Origin: an uncultured Coriobacteriia bacterium
GTDB lineage: Bacteria > Actinomycetota > Coriobacteriia > Anaerosomatales > PALSA-660
NCBI GenBank assembly: GCA_963701985.1
Contig: OY969691.1
Coordinates: forward strand, 191,629-255,628
DNA length: 64,000 bases
Direction: 5' to 3'
Part shown: positions 21,829 through 30,098 of the stretch, piece after piece
Layout: every line of letters starts with the position of its first letter
Position numbering within the stretch: the first letter of the stretch is position 1
Position numbers and translations under genes: made by a program
The notes under the pieces: generated by a model
Told to the model about the DNA's origin: nothing
Database searches by the model: none
The model's input: the letters and a program-made list of their open reading frames with translations, nothing else

Positions 21829-23579
21829 GCTGGTGGCCCTGGGAGCATGAAGGCGAGCCGCTGTTGGGGGGCGGGCCGTCCGCCGACGATGAGGACCTCG
21901 TCGCGGCAAACGAGCAGCCCGCGTCCGACGATGACGCGCCGACGGACGGCGACGACGAGCCGGTGATCCAGCCACGGCCGCGCCGGCCCAGGCGCTGGAC
22001 GTGGCCTCGTCCGGACCGGGCGGACGAACGGCAGGGAGCGGCCGAGGGAACCATCGCGGACGGAGCGCCGTCTGAGCCGGACGCCGAGGAGGCGGACGTC
22101 GCCGACGAGTGGGTGGACGAGCCGTTCGGTCGATTCGTCGAGCCCGCTGAGGACGTCGAGGATGCCGAGGACGAACCCGCCGAAGACGCTGCGGCTGAGG
22201 ACGCCGCCGCCGAGGGCGAACCCGATGATGCGTGCGCCGACGCCGACGAGCCGGAGCCTGCACCCGTCCCTCGAAGCCGGCGCCCGCTGTTCCGCTGGCC
22301 GTGGGCGAGAACGGCGACCGCGGCCGGACCGGCGAAGGACGTCGAAGAAGACGAACCGGAGAACGCCGCCGAGGCGCCCTCGCCGGTCGATGGCGTTCAG
22401 CTGACCCTGTTGGACGAGGCGGCGGAGGCGTCGCCGCTGGCGGATGGCGCGGCGGGCTCCACCGGAGCTCGGAAAGAGGTCGACGGCGCCCCGAAGACGT
22501 ATCGCGGCTACCGCACGCTGAGGCGGCTCCGGAAGAGCGGCCGGTCGACCCGCGTGGCCGCGTCGTCCGCTCCCACCGCGACGGCGCGCGCCCTCGTGGC
22601 CACCAAGCGCGTCCTGCGGACGGCCGCGCTCGTCATCCTCACGATCCTGGTCCTGTTCGGGGCCCTGTACGGGCTGGTCGTCGGTATCAACGCGTTCGCC
22701 CGCTGGAACGCCCGCCGCGAGGCGGTCCGCTCGCGGCCCTCGACGGCGAACGCGCAGGACAACCTGCTCGTGATCGGCGTCACCAACGGTCAGGCGGTCG
22801 GCTTCGCGGCCCTCAAGGCTGAGCGCGTGAACCACAGGGTGCTCGGCATCGCGATCCCCGACGGCGCGTTCGTCGAGGTGCCGGGGCAGGGCTTCGAGCG
22901 GCTCGGTGACAGCTACGTCCAAGGGCCGGACATCAGCACCGACGCCGTGTCGAACTACCTCATGGTCCGCTTCTCGAACTACGTCGTCGTGAGCGGGAAC
23001 GCGTACCAGGCGATGATGAAGGGCCAGAGCGTGACGGGGCTCATGGGCCAAGTCGAGGGCAGCGATCTGACGACGTCGGACAGCACCAGTCTGGCCGAGT
23101 ACTTCGCCACCGTCACGACGAAGAACGTGTGGATCGTCCCCCTGCCCGTGACGCCGATCTCCGTCGGCGACCAGCAGTATTTCGAACCGCAACGGCAACA
23201 GGTGGCCGACCTGCTGCTGCAATGGTGGGGCGTGAAGATCGAGCAACAGGCGTCCACGCCCCGCGTGATCGTGTACAACGGCGTGGGCACGCCGGGCATC
23301 GCCGGGCTCGCCGCCCAGCAGCTCATCCGCCAAGGGTTCCGGATCGTCGACAGCGGCAACGCGGACAACTTCAACCACAAGAAGACGCTGATCCTGCTCT
23401 ACCACGGCACGGAAGCGGACGCGCAGCAGGTGCGCAGCGTGCTCGGTGCTGGGCAGATACTCGTGCAGTCGGCGCCGCAGGACCTCACCGACATCATCGT
23501 GATCATCGGTGCCGACTACCGGCCTCCCGCGGACGTCACCACGGTCTCGCCGTCGGTCAGCGCCACCTTCACTCCCTGA
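21825..23579 (+). CDS. Membrane protein with an acidic disordered N-terminus, a degenerate LCP-like domain and a LytR_C domain
   Basis: ATG 21825 overlaps the yqeK stop (ATGA). About 270 aa of D/E/A/P-rich sequence precede a TM helix (AALVILTILVLFGALYGLVVGI). Then come an LCP-like core (LLVIGVTNG...LGIAIPDGAFVEVPG) and the C-terminal RVIVYNGVGTPGIAG...ADNFNHKKTLILLY. Confidence 0.7.
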   Translation: MSWWPWEHEGEPLLGGGPSADDEDLVAANEQPASDDDAPTDGDDEPVIQPRPRRPRRWTWPRPDRADERQGAAEGTIADGAPSEPDAEEADVADEWVDEPFGRFVEPAEDVEDAEDEPAEDAAAEDAAAEGEPDDACADADEPEPAPVPRSRRPLFRWPWARTATAAGPAKDVEEDEPENAAEAPSPVDGVQLTLLDEAAEASPLADGAAGSTGARKEVDGAPKTYRGYRTLRRLRKSGRSTRVAASSAPTATARALVATKRVLRTAALVILTILVLFGALYGLVVGINAFARWNARREAVRSRPSTANAQDNLLVIGVTNGQAVGFAALKAERVNHRVLGIAIPDGAFVEVPGQGFERLGDSYVQGPDISTDAVSNYLMVRFSNYVVVSGNAYQAMMKGQSVTGLMGQVEGSDLTTSDSTSLAEYFATVTTKNVWIVPLPVTPISVGDQQYFEPQRQQVADLLLQWWGVKIEQQASTPRVIVYNGVGTPGIAGLAAQQLIRQGFRIVDSGNADNFNHKKTLILLYHGTEADAQQVRSVLGAGQILVQSAPQDLTDIIVIIGADYRPPADVTTVSPSVSATFTP

Positions 23580-23593
23580 GGAAGAGGAGACAA

Positions 23594-24016
23594 TTGAGAG
23601 CACCCACACGCGACGACATCGAGCGACTGGTCCGGATAGCGGCGCGAGCCGCGGCGGAGAAGAAGGCGTCCGACATCGTCGCGCTCGACGTGGGTGGGAC
23701 GCTCGTCGTGACCGATTACTTCCTGATCGCGACCGGCTCCAACGACCGGCAGGTGTCGGCGATCGCGGACGAGGTGGAAGAGGCTCTCCGCCAGCAGGGC
23801 GTGAAGCCGCTCGGGCGGGAAGGCGAACGCGAGCTGACGTGGCTGCTGCTCGACTACGGCGACCTCGTCGTGCACGTCTTCCAGCCCGCCGAGCGCGAGT
23901 TCTACCGCTTGGAGAAGCTGTGGGGAGACGCTCCGCGTCTCGCTCTGGACGAGGATGACGCGGCGCCGGACGGCGTGACCGCGACGACGCGCTCCTCCGC
24001 GAACGGTCTCGCGTGA
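23594..24016 (+). CDS. rsfS: Ribosome silencing factor RsfS
   Basis: TTG 23594 follows GAGGAGA. Contains KKASDIVALDVGGTLVVTDYFLIATGSNDRQV...DYGDLVVHVFQPAEREFYRLEKLW. Confidence 0.9.
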   Translation: MRAPTRDDIERLVRIAARAAAEKKASDIVALDVGGTLVVTDYFLIATGSNDRQVSAIADEVEEALRQQGVKPLGREGERELTWLLLDYGDLVVHVFQPAEREFYRLEKLWGDAPRLALDEDDAAPDGVTATTRSSANGLA

Positions 24017-24972
24017 GCGACTCGACGCGCCGGTGGGCGGTCACGCTCGCCCTCGTCGGCGTGGCGGCCGTGTGGGGCGCGACGTTCGTCATGGTGAAGG
24101 ACGCCATCGCGGCGTACCCCGTCTGGTCGTTCCTCGGCCTGCGGTTCCTGATCGCGACCATCGCGTTCGTCGCGGTCTTCCCGTCGACGTTCCGGCTGCT
24201 CGACGCGGTGACGGTGCGAGCCGGCCTCATCGCGGGGGTGCTCCTCACGGCGGGGTACGTGTTCCAGACCTTGGGCCTGGCACGCACCTCGGCCAGCAAG
24301 GCCGCCTTCATCACCGGCATGTTCGTCGTGATCACGCCGTTCCTGCAGGCCGTGATCCTGAAGCGCGTGCCGCGCTGGCCCGCGTGGGTCGGCGTGGCGG
24401 CCGCGGTGGCCGGGCTCTGGCTCCTGACCGGCGGTGCGCTGGGAGGCTGGGGCAGCGGCGACACGCTCGTCCTGCTGTGCGCCGTCGCGTACTCGGCGCA
24501 CATGATCGCGCTCGGGAGCGTCGGCCGCGGCCACGACATGCGGCCGCTCACTGCGGTGCAGCTGGCGACGGCGGCCGTCGTGTGCGGCGTCGTCGGGATC
24601 GTGGTCGAGCATCCGGGCCTGCCGCGGCAGCCATCCGTCTGGCTGGCGCTGGGTGTCACGGGCGTCCTCGCCTCGGCAGTGGCCTTCGCCGTCCAGACGT
24701 ACGCGCAGAAGCACCTTTCTCCGACCCGCACGGCGCTCGTGCTCATCTGCGAGCCGGCCTTCGGCGGGCTGTTCGGCTGGCTGCTGGCGGGCGAGGTCCT
24801 CGGGGTGCGCGGGGTGGCCGGGGCGGCGCTCGTCCTCGTCGGGATGGCCGTGAGCGAGGTACTGTCGCTGGTCGTCACGCGGCGCGGCGCCGCCGAGCGG
24901 CTGGAGCCCTCGCTCGAGGGTCCTCCCGCGCGTCTGGTGGAGGCCGGAGCCGAGGCCGACGCGGCGGACTGA
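24013..24972 (+). CDS. EamA/DMT-family transporter
   Basis: 319 aa with 10 predicted TM helices and duplicated EamA halves. GTG overlaps the rsfS stop. Confidence 0.85.
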   Translation: MSDSTRRWAVTLALVGVAAVWGATFVMVKDAIAAYPVWSFLGLRFLIATIAFVAVFPSTFRLLDAVTVRAGLIAGVLLTAGYVFQTLGLARTSASKAAFITGMFVVITPFLQAVILKRVPRWPAWVGVAAAVAGLWLLTGGALGGWGSGDTLVLLCAVAYSAHMIALGSVGRGHDMRPLTAVQLATAAVVCGVVGIVVEHPGLPRQPSVWLALGVTGVLASAVAFAVQTYAQKHLSPTRTALVLICEPAFGGLFGWLLAGEVLGVRGVAGAALVLVGMAVSEVLSLVVTRRGAAERLEPSLEGPPARLVEAGAEADAAD

Positions 24973-25134
24973 CGACCGTGAGCCAGGACGCGCACGCTCA
25001 TCCGCATCCGTTGGACTCGGTCGGGACGGGCATGAGCTGCCGGACGGGTCTCTTCGTGTTCGCATGCGCCTATGGAGAAATGCTAGTCTCTTCCGGGGTG
25101 CCGGGGCGGAATCGGCTCGTCGGAAGGACTCGAG

Positions 25135-26025
25135 ATGGCACGCGCAGCAGCGAACGCGCAGGCTGGACCGAACGAGGGCGCCGGCGTCAAGGAACGGCTG
25201 GTCGCGCATTTCCGGAAGCGCCGTGAGCCGCTTCGCAAGCGATGGGTCGAGCTCATGACGGCCAAGGGTCTGCTGCCCGGACTTTCCGAGCAGGAGATCG
25301 AGACCGAATCGATGGCGATCTACGACACGTGCGTGACCTGCCTCGCTACGGGCAGCTACGCTGACGCGGAGAACTACGCGGCGCAGATGGCGAGTCGCGG
25401 CGTGCTCCAGAGCCTGAGCGCGGAGCAGATCCTGGGCGGCTTCCTCACCCTGCGCGACGTCTACGGCCGAAGCCTGTTCGATGAGTACCGCAACGATATG
25501 TCCACGCTCTTCGCCGCGCTCGATGTCTACGAGCCCGTGGCGAATCAGATCCTCGCCATCGTGGCGCTCGCGTTCATCCACGAGCGCGAGAACATCGTCC
25601 GCGAGCAACAATCCGCGATCCGGGAGCTGTCCACCCCCGTGCTGCCGCTGCGAGCGACCGGGTTGCTGATCCTGCCGATCATCGGCGTGATCGACACGCA
25701 GCGGGCACGCCAGCTGACCGAGCAGCTGCTCAACGCGATCCGAGAGCATCGGGCCAAGGTCGTGGTCCTCGATATCACCGGGGTCCCGATCGTGGACACC
25801 AAGGTCGCCAACCATCTCGTCCAGACCGTTCAGGCTTCGCGGCTCATGGGAGCCACCGTGATCGTCTCCGGTCTGTCTCCCGAGATCGCCCAGACGCTGG
25901 TCACGCTGGGCGTCGACCTCACCGAGCTCAGGACGGTCGTCGACCTCCAAGCGGGCATCGAGGTCGCCGACCGCTTGGTCGGATTCGAGCTCAGGCCCAT
26001 CGAGTCCGCCGGCGCGGGCGCCTAG
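25135..26025 (+). CDS. rsbR: Stressosome scaffold/sensor RsbR-like protein (N-terminal helical sensor domain plus C-terminal STAS)
   Basis: The C-terminal half, LSTPVLPLRATGLLILPIIGVIDTQRARQLTEQLL...VVVLDITGVPIVDTKVANHL...GATVIVSGLSPEIAQTLV, is an RsbR-type STAS domain. GGAAGGA precedes the ATG. Confidence 0.8.
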   Translation: MARAAANAQAGPNEGAGVKERLVAHFRKRREPLRKRWVELMTAKGLLPGLSEQEIETESMAIYDTCVTCLATGSYADAENYAAQMASRGVLQSLSAEQILGGFLTLRDVYGRSLFDEYRNDMSTLFAALDVYEPVANQILAIVALAFIHERENIVREQQSAIRELSTPVLPLRATGLLILPIIGVIDTQRARQLTEQLLNAIREHRAKVVVLDITGVPIVDTKVANHLVQTVQASRLMGATVIVSGLSPEIAQTLVTLGVDLTELRTVVDLQAGIEVADRLVGFELRPIESAGAGA

Positions 26026-26056
26026 CCGGCCCCGGGGACAGGGCGGTCGTGACCAG

Positions 26057-26431
26057 ATGAGTGCACCGGTGCTCAAGCAGGGCGATCTCCTGCTCGTCTC
26101 CATCCAGTCGAGCCTCGGAGACAACGAGTTGCTGGACCTTCGGGACGAGCTGGTCGAGAAGGTCGGCCGCTTTCGGTCGAGCGGCGTGATCATCGACGTG
26201 ACCGCGATGGACGTCATGGACTCGTTCGCGACGCGGAACCTTCGCGCGATCGCACAGATGACGAAACTGCGAGGTGCGACCACCGTCATCGTGGGGGTGC
26301 AGCCTGCGGTCGCTTTCGCCATGGTTCAGCTCGGTCTGACGCTCGAGGGTGTGACCACGGCCTTGGACCTCGAAGAAGGTCTTGACCTCCTTCGTCACGA
26401 ACCCGGCGGGCGATCGCGCGATGATGGATGA
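26057..26431 (+). CDS. rsbS: Stressosome STAS protein RsbS
   Basis: 124-aa single STAS domain (PVLKQGDLLLVSIQSSL...VIIDVTAMDVMDSFATRNL...TVIVGVQPAVAFAMVQLG). Confidence 0.85.
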   Translation: MSAPVLKQGDLLLVSIQSSLGDNELLDLRDELVEKVGRFRSSGVIIDVTAMDVMDSFATRNLRAIAQMTKLRGATTVIVGVQPAVAFAMVQLGLTLEGVTTALDLEEGLDLLRHEPGGRSRDDG

Positions 26432-26825
26432 GCACTGCGTGCGCATCTTCGAGGAGTCGGACATCGTCTCCGCTCGTGAGCGCGGCAAGCAGGTGGCCGA
26501 GCGCGGCGGTTTCACCGGCAGCGACCTCACCATCATCGCGACGGTGATCTCGGAGCTCGCGCGCAACATCTTCGAATACGCCGTGGGACCGGGGGAGATA
26601 TGCGTCGGGCTGGAAGCGGGGGAGCGCCCGGCGTTCGTCGTCATCGCGTGCGACGACGGTCCCGGGATCCCCGATGTGGAGATGGCCATGACCGACGGAT
26701 TCTCGACAGGGAACGGGCTCGGCCTCGGGCTGCCCGGCGTGCGTCGGCTGATGGAGGATTTTCAGATCGACTCAGGACCGGGTCGAGGGACCAGGGTCGT
26801 TGCGCGGAAGCGTCTGCGGCGATGA
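26421..26825 (+). CDS. rsbT: Stressosome switch kinase RsbT (GHKL ATPase)
   Basis: ATG 26421 overlaps the rsbS 3' end. The 134-aa protein carries a HATPase_c domain (ELARNIFEYA...DDGPGIPD...GLGLGLPGVRRLMD). Confidence 0.85.
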   Translation: MMDEHCVRIFEESDIVSARERGKQVAERGGFTGSDLTIIATVISELARNIFEYAVGPGEICVGLEAGERPAFVVIACDDGPGIPDVEMAMTDGFSTGNGLGLGLPGVRRLMEDFQIDSGPGRGTRVVARKRLRR

Positions 26826-27418
26826 TCGACTGGGCCGTTGCGTCGCGCCGGCTCGCCGGCGAGAGCGAGTCGGGCGACGCGTACGTGGCCGTGCCGATCG
26901 ACGGAGGGATGCTGCTCGCCGTGATGGACGGCTTGGGGCACGGTCACGACGCCGCTGTCGCGAGTGGCATCGGCGCCTCCACGTTGGTCCAGGACCCGCG
27001 CGGCGATCTGCCGGCGTTGTTCACGCGATGCCACCAGGCGCTCGCGGGGACCAGAGGCGCGGTCATGGTTCTCGCGCGGCTGAGCGAAAGAGACTCGACG
27101 GTCACGTGGGCCAGTGTCGGTGACGCCTACGGCGTCGTGGCGCGTGGGCCCATGAGCGGCGATAAGCGGGAGAGCGTGCTGCAGCGACCCGGTATCTTGG
27201 GGCACCGGCTGCCGCGCATCACCGAAGAGACGCTTCACATGGCGCCCGACGACACCCTGGTCCTGGCGACCGACGGACTGCGCGGGAGTTTCCTCGGAGC
27301 GCTCGATTCGCTTCCGGAGCCACGTCTGGCTGCCGACCATCTGCTGGCGGAATACGGTCGCGAGCAGGACGACGTGCTGGTGCTCGTGGCCCGTCTTGCG
27401 AGCGGGGAGTCCGGATGA
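26822..27418 (+). CDS. rsbX: RsbX-like PP2C feedback phosphatase
   Basis: ATG 26822 overlaps the rsbT stop (ATGA). A small PP2C/SpoIIE-type fold (SGDAYVAV...AVMDGLGHGHDA...LATDGL). Confidence 0.75.
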   Translation: MIDWAVASRRLAGESESGDAYVAVPIDGGMLLAVMDGLGHGHDAAVASGIGASTLVQDPRGDLPALFTRCHQALAGTRGAVMVLARLSERDSTVTWASVGDAYGVVARGPMSGDKRESVLQRPGILGHRLPRITEETLHMAPDDTLVLATDGLRGSFLGALDSLPEPRLAADHLLAEYGREQDDVLVLVARLASGESG

Positions 27419-28476
27419 GTCCGGAGGCGGATCCCGGCGAGACGATCGAGGGGCTCAGCCGGGACTACGCGAATTCGCTGCGCGAGTACATCGGGGAGGG
27501 CGGCGAGCGCTGGCTGAACGACGGCCACCTCCTCGGCAGACGCGCGATGAGGATGGGGCTCGGCATCCTGGATGTCGTCGAGCTGCATGCCTCCGCGGTC
27601 GGCTCGCTGGATCCCGGACGGGGCTTCGGATTCCTCTCTGAAGTCCTTGGACCGTACGAGATGACCCATCGCGGTTTCGAGGAGTCAAACGCGAGACTTC
27701 AGAAGGCGAACGTCGCCTTGCGTGAGCAGATCGATGCCTACGACGTGCAGCACCGGATCGCCCTTCTCCTCCAAGAGGCGATCCTGGAACAGCCGCCCGA
27801 GGTACCGGGACTGCAGATCGGCATCTGCTATGCCTCTTCGACCGAGGAAGCGCTCGTGGGCGGCGACTTCTACGACGTGTTCACCCTGTCGGACCGGCGC
27901 GCCTACTGCGTCATCGGGGACGTCTCGGGCAAGGGGATCGAGGCGGGCGGCCTGGCCGCCATGGCGAAGAACTCCATCCGGGTCTGCGCGGTCATGGATC
28001 CGCGACCCCACGCGATGCTGTCGTGCGTCAACAAGTCGCTGGACCGCTTCACCCCGGACGAGGTCTTCGTCACCGCGTTCGTTGCGCTGGTGGAGGCGGA
28101 TGCCAGGCGGATCACGTACTGCAGCGCGGGTCATCCCGCGCCGATCGTCATCACCGCGCAGGGACGCGCTCGCCGTCTCGACACCGCGAAGGCGACGGGG
28201 CCGGTCCTGGGCGCCTGCGTGGACGGTCGATACAAGAGTGGCGTGTGCTCGCTCGGCGCCGGCGACACCTTGGTGCTGTTCACGGATGGCGCCGTGGAGG
28301 CTCGCCGCGACGGGGTGCTGCTCGGCGATGACGGCTTTCGCGACTTGCTCCGAGTGGAAGAGGCGGTCGACCCGTCACGGCTGCTCGCCGTGGCCCTCGA
28401 GGATCTGCGGGATTACTCGAGGGGGCAGCTGCGCGACGACATCGCGATGCTGGCCGTCCGGTTCTCGGCGGCCTAA
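27415..28476 (+). CDS. rsbU: RsbU-type PP2C phosphatase with an N-terminal RsbT-binding (RsbU_N-like) helical domain
   Basis: ATG 27415 overlaps the rsbX stop (ATGA). The C-terminal SpoIIE/PP2C domain reads VGGDFYDVF...IGDVSGKGIEA...LFTDGAVEAR...DDIAMLAV. Confidence 0.8.
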   Translation: MSPEADPGETIEGLSRDYANSLREYIGEGGERWLNDGHLLGRRAMRMGLGILDVVELHASAVGSLDPGRGFGFLSEVLGPYEMTHRGFEESNARLQKANVALREQIDAYDVQHRIALLLQEAILEQPPEVPGLQIGICYASSTEEALVGGDFYDVFTLSDRRAYCVIGDVSGKGIEAGGLAAMAKNSIRVCAVMDPRPHAMLSCVNKSLDRFTPDEVFVTAFVALVEADARRITYCSAGHPAPIVITAQGRARRLDTAKATGPVLGACVDGRYKSGVCSLGAGDTLVLFTDGAVEARRDGVLLGDDGFRDLLRVEEAVDPSRLLAVALEDLRDYSRGQLRDDIAMLAVRFSAA

Positions 28477-28647
28477 GGCGAAGCGGGTCGGCGAGGAGCA
28501 TCTGACGCTCGATCGGTTGGTCGAGGATCCCCGCGCGGGGACCTCGTAGGGGCGTCGACCGGTCTCCAGCTCCTGATCCACTGGCGATTTGACCCTCGTG
28601 GACGCCCTCCGTATACTGGCCTTCGCCCCTCCGGGGCACCCAGGCGT

Positions 28648-28723
28648 GGGGCCATAGCTCAGCTGGGAGAGCGCTTGGCTGGCAGCCAAGAGGTCAGGGG
28701 TTCGATCCCCCTTGGCTCCACCA
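28648..28723 (+). tRNA. tRNA-Ala (anticodon GGC), CCA encoded
   Basis: Folded by hand into a cloverleaf. The acceptor stem ggggcca/tggctcc has the G3:U70 alanine identity pair. The anticodon loop is ctGGCag, the T-arm is agggg-ttcgatc-cccct, and the 3' end is a terminal acca. Confidence 0.95.
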
Positions 28724-28733
28724 AAGAGAACTC

Positions 28734-28773
28734 GGTAGGGCCCGGTGAGAACCGGGCCCTACCTGCGTCTTCC
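28734..28773 (+). terminator. Hairpin after the tRNA (possible terminator)
   Basis: A perfect 13-bp stem (ggtagggcccggt / accgggccctacc) with a GAGA loop. The downstream tail tgcgtcttcc is only weakly U-rich. Confidence 0.5.
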
Positions 28774-28889
28774 GGCGTGAGACCCAGGTGGGCTGGAGTC
28801 TGGCGACGACCGGTCCGGCGCTCGTGGCGGCCATGCTCGTTGGACGGGTCTTCCGGTCGTGGTTTGGCGGGCGCCGCTGTGGCGAACAA

Positions 28890-28954
28890 GCGCTTCAACC
28901 TGACGCGCCGAGGCGCGCGCATACTGTTGGCGAATCGGCGCGCAGGTTAAGCGC
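28890..28954 (+). repeat. attC-like structured repeat, copy A
   Basis: GCGCTT[C]AACCTG[A]CGCGCCGA - 23 nt - TCGGCGCGCAGGTTAAGCGC. The 20-bp arms pair perfectly apart from two unpaired bases. GTTAAGC matches GTTRRRY. GTTGG lies 8 nt downstream. Confidence 0.8.
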
Positions 28955-28987
28955 ACCACGTTGGCGCCATCGGCATGGGGGAGACTC

Positions 28988-29608
28988 GTGGCGGAAGGCT
29001 CGGAGCGCCTGAGTTGGCTCGCGCGCTTCTCGATCAGGGTTTCGTCCCCCAGGTCACTGCGGCTTGTGCCGCTCATGCGTAGGTTCTACGCAGTGGACAT
29101 TCAGCCTGCCGGCCGGGTCGACGACTCCGAGCTGCGCGCGGCCGAAAAAGGCACGATTGATGCGCCGCGCTACCTGCTCGCCATGCTGTTCGTTGCTGTG
29201 GGCATCATGGTCATCCTCTTCACTTGGTTGTTCCCGCTGTTGCAGGCACATGGCGAGCTGCTGATCGACCCGACCTTCAATGCGATCGCGGACGCAGCCG
29301 TGCGGATCGGCTGGGGCGAATCGGCCGCAAGTGTGGTCGCAAGCGCCCTGATGCTTGTGGGGATCTTGTTAGCGGGAGTCGTGTGCGCTGCTGTGTTCGT
29401 CACGCCGATATGGCTTCTAGGGCGGGCTTCAGTACGCGCTTGGGGTTCAACGGTCTCGGTAGCACTCGCGCTGATATCTCAACCAGCGCCATCGTCGCTG
29501 ACCGATGCCGCGACGCCGTATCCGCGTACGCGCTACGCACTGAGCAGGATGCGTGACGGCGTGTCCGTGCTGAATATTGGATTGACGCCACCGGAAGTGC
29601 GCGGCTGA
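28988..29608 (+). CDS. Cassette 1: hypothetical membrane protein
   Basis: Part of track ORF 28961..29608. GTG 28988 is chosen because GGGGGAG lies 4 nt upstream, as in the other cassettes. Three to four hydrophobic helices. No family recognised. Confidence 0.5.
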   Translation: MAEGSERLSWLARFSIRVSSPRSLRLVPLMRRFYAVDIQPAGRVDDSELRAAEKGTIDAPRYLLAMLFVAVGIMVILFTWLFPLLQAHGELLIDPTFNAIADAAVRIGWGESAASVVASALMLVGILLAGVVCAAVFVTPIWLLGRASVRAWGSTVSVALALISQPAPSSLTDAATPYPRTRYALSRMRDGVSVLNIGLTPPEVRG

Positions 29609-29620
29609 GCGCGCTAGCGA

Positions 29621-29686
29621 GCGCGTCAACCTGACGCGTCTGTAGAGGCGCACAATGGTGGGGGAATCGGCGTGCAGGTTAAGCGC
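29621..29686 (+). repeat. attC-like structured repeat, copy B
   Basis: GCGCGT[C]AACCTGACGCG...GCGCACAATGGTGGGGGAATCGGCGTGCAGGTTAAGCGC. Starts 12 nt after the cassette 1 stop. Confidence 0.8.
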
Positions 29687-29718
29687 CCAACATTCGGTGG
29701 GAGGACGGGGCACGCAAG

Positions 29719-30024
29719 TTGGCGGTCACCGACTCCAAGGACGAGCTCCTTGCTGACAAGCCCAGCCGTCTTGCCCTCGGCTTGAACATCGGCATCGCCG
29801 TGCTCCTGCTCGGGACTCCGATCATCTTGGTTTATCTCTTTGTCACGGTCGTTCTGGCCGGCGCCTTCCAACAGGCCGGATCGTCGTGGCCTGTCGCAAA
29901 CGCTCTCGGCGGGATCCTCGTCATTGTGCTGGTTGTGTCACGCTACGTGCTGCGCCGAGGGCGCTGGATGCGGCATGGCGCTCCACACCGAACGAGCGCT
30001 TCCAGCGGACGGCGTAGGGTGTGA
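29719..30024 (+). CDS. Cassette 2: small two-TM membrane protein
   Basis: 101-aa ORF starting at TTG, with GGGAGGA 12 nt upstream. Two hydrophobic helices. No family recognised. Confidence 0.5.
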   Translation: MAVTDSKDELLADKPSRLALGLNIGIAVLLLGTPIILVYLFVTVVLAGAFQQAGSSWPVANALGGILVIVLVVSRYVLRRGRWMRHGAPHRTSASSGRRRV

Positions 30025-30061
30025 GCAATGAAGCAGGCGCTGCGGTCCACCGCTGAAGCGC
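29996..30061 (+). repeat. attC-like structured repeat, copy C (stem sequence changed, structure kept)
   Basis: GCGCTT[C]CAGCGG ... CCGCTGAAGCGC. It has the same length (66 bp) and the same bulged C as copy A, but six stem pairs are replaced by compensatory pairs. It overlaps the last 29 nt of cassette 2. Confidence 0.7.
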
Positions 30062-30098
30062 CAGACGCTAGGCGTGATACGCCGGGGGGATGTCGCGC

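Noticed and set aside
21900-22450. Acidic region of the LytR_C protein as a DNA repeat element
   Set aside because: It is low-complexity codon bias (GAC/GAG/GCC/CCG) without a definable repeat unit.
25040-25134. Promoter upstream of rsbR (TTCGCA ... TAGTCT)
   Set aside because: The spacer is 19 nt and the hexamers are weak, so it is not distinguishable from chance.
28724-28889. Remnant of an integrase between the tRNA and the first repeat, or anywhere in the window
   Set aside because: Only 165 nt are available and there is no ORF. No ORF on either strand of the 64 kb shows tyrosine or serine recombinase motifs that I can recognise.
28894-28925. TTCAAC ... CATACT in the repeat as a standard sigma-70 -35/-10 pair
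   Set aside because: The spacing is 20 nt in copies A, B, E and K (18 in F), too long for a canonical promoter. The shortened copy D has only 6 nt. Only the -10-like hexamer is kept, as part of the alternative hypothesis.
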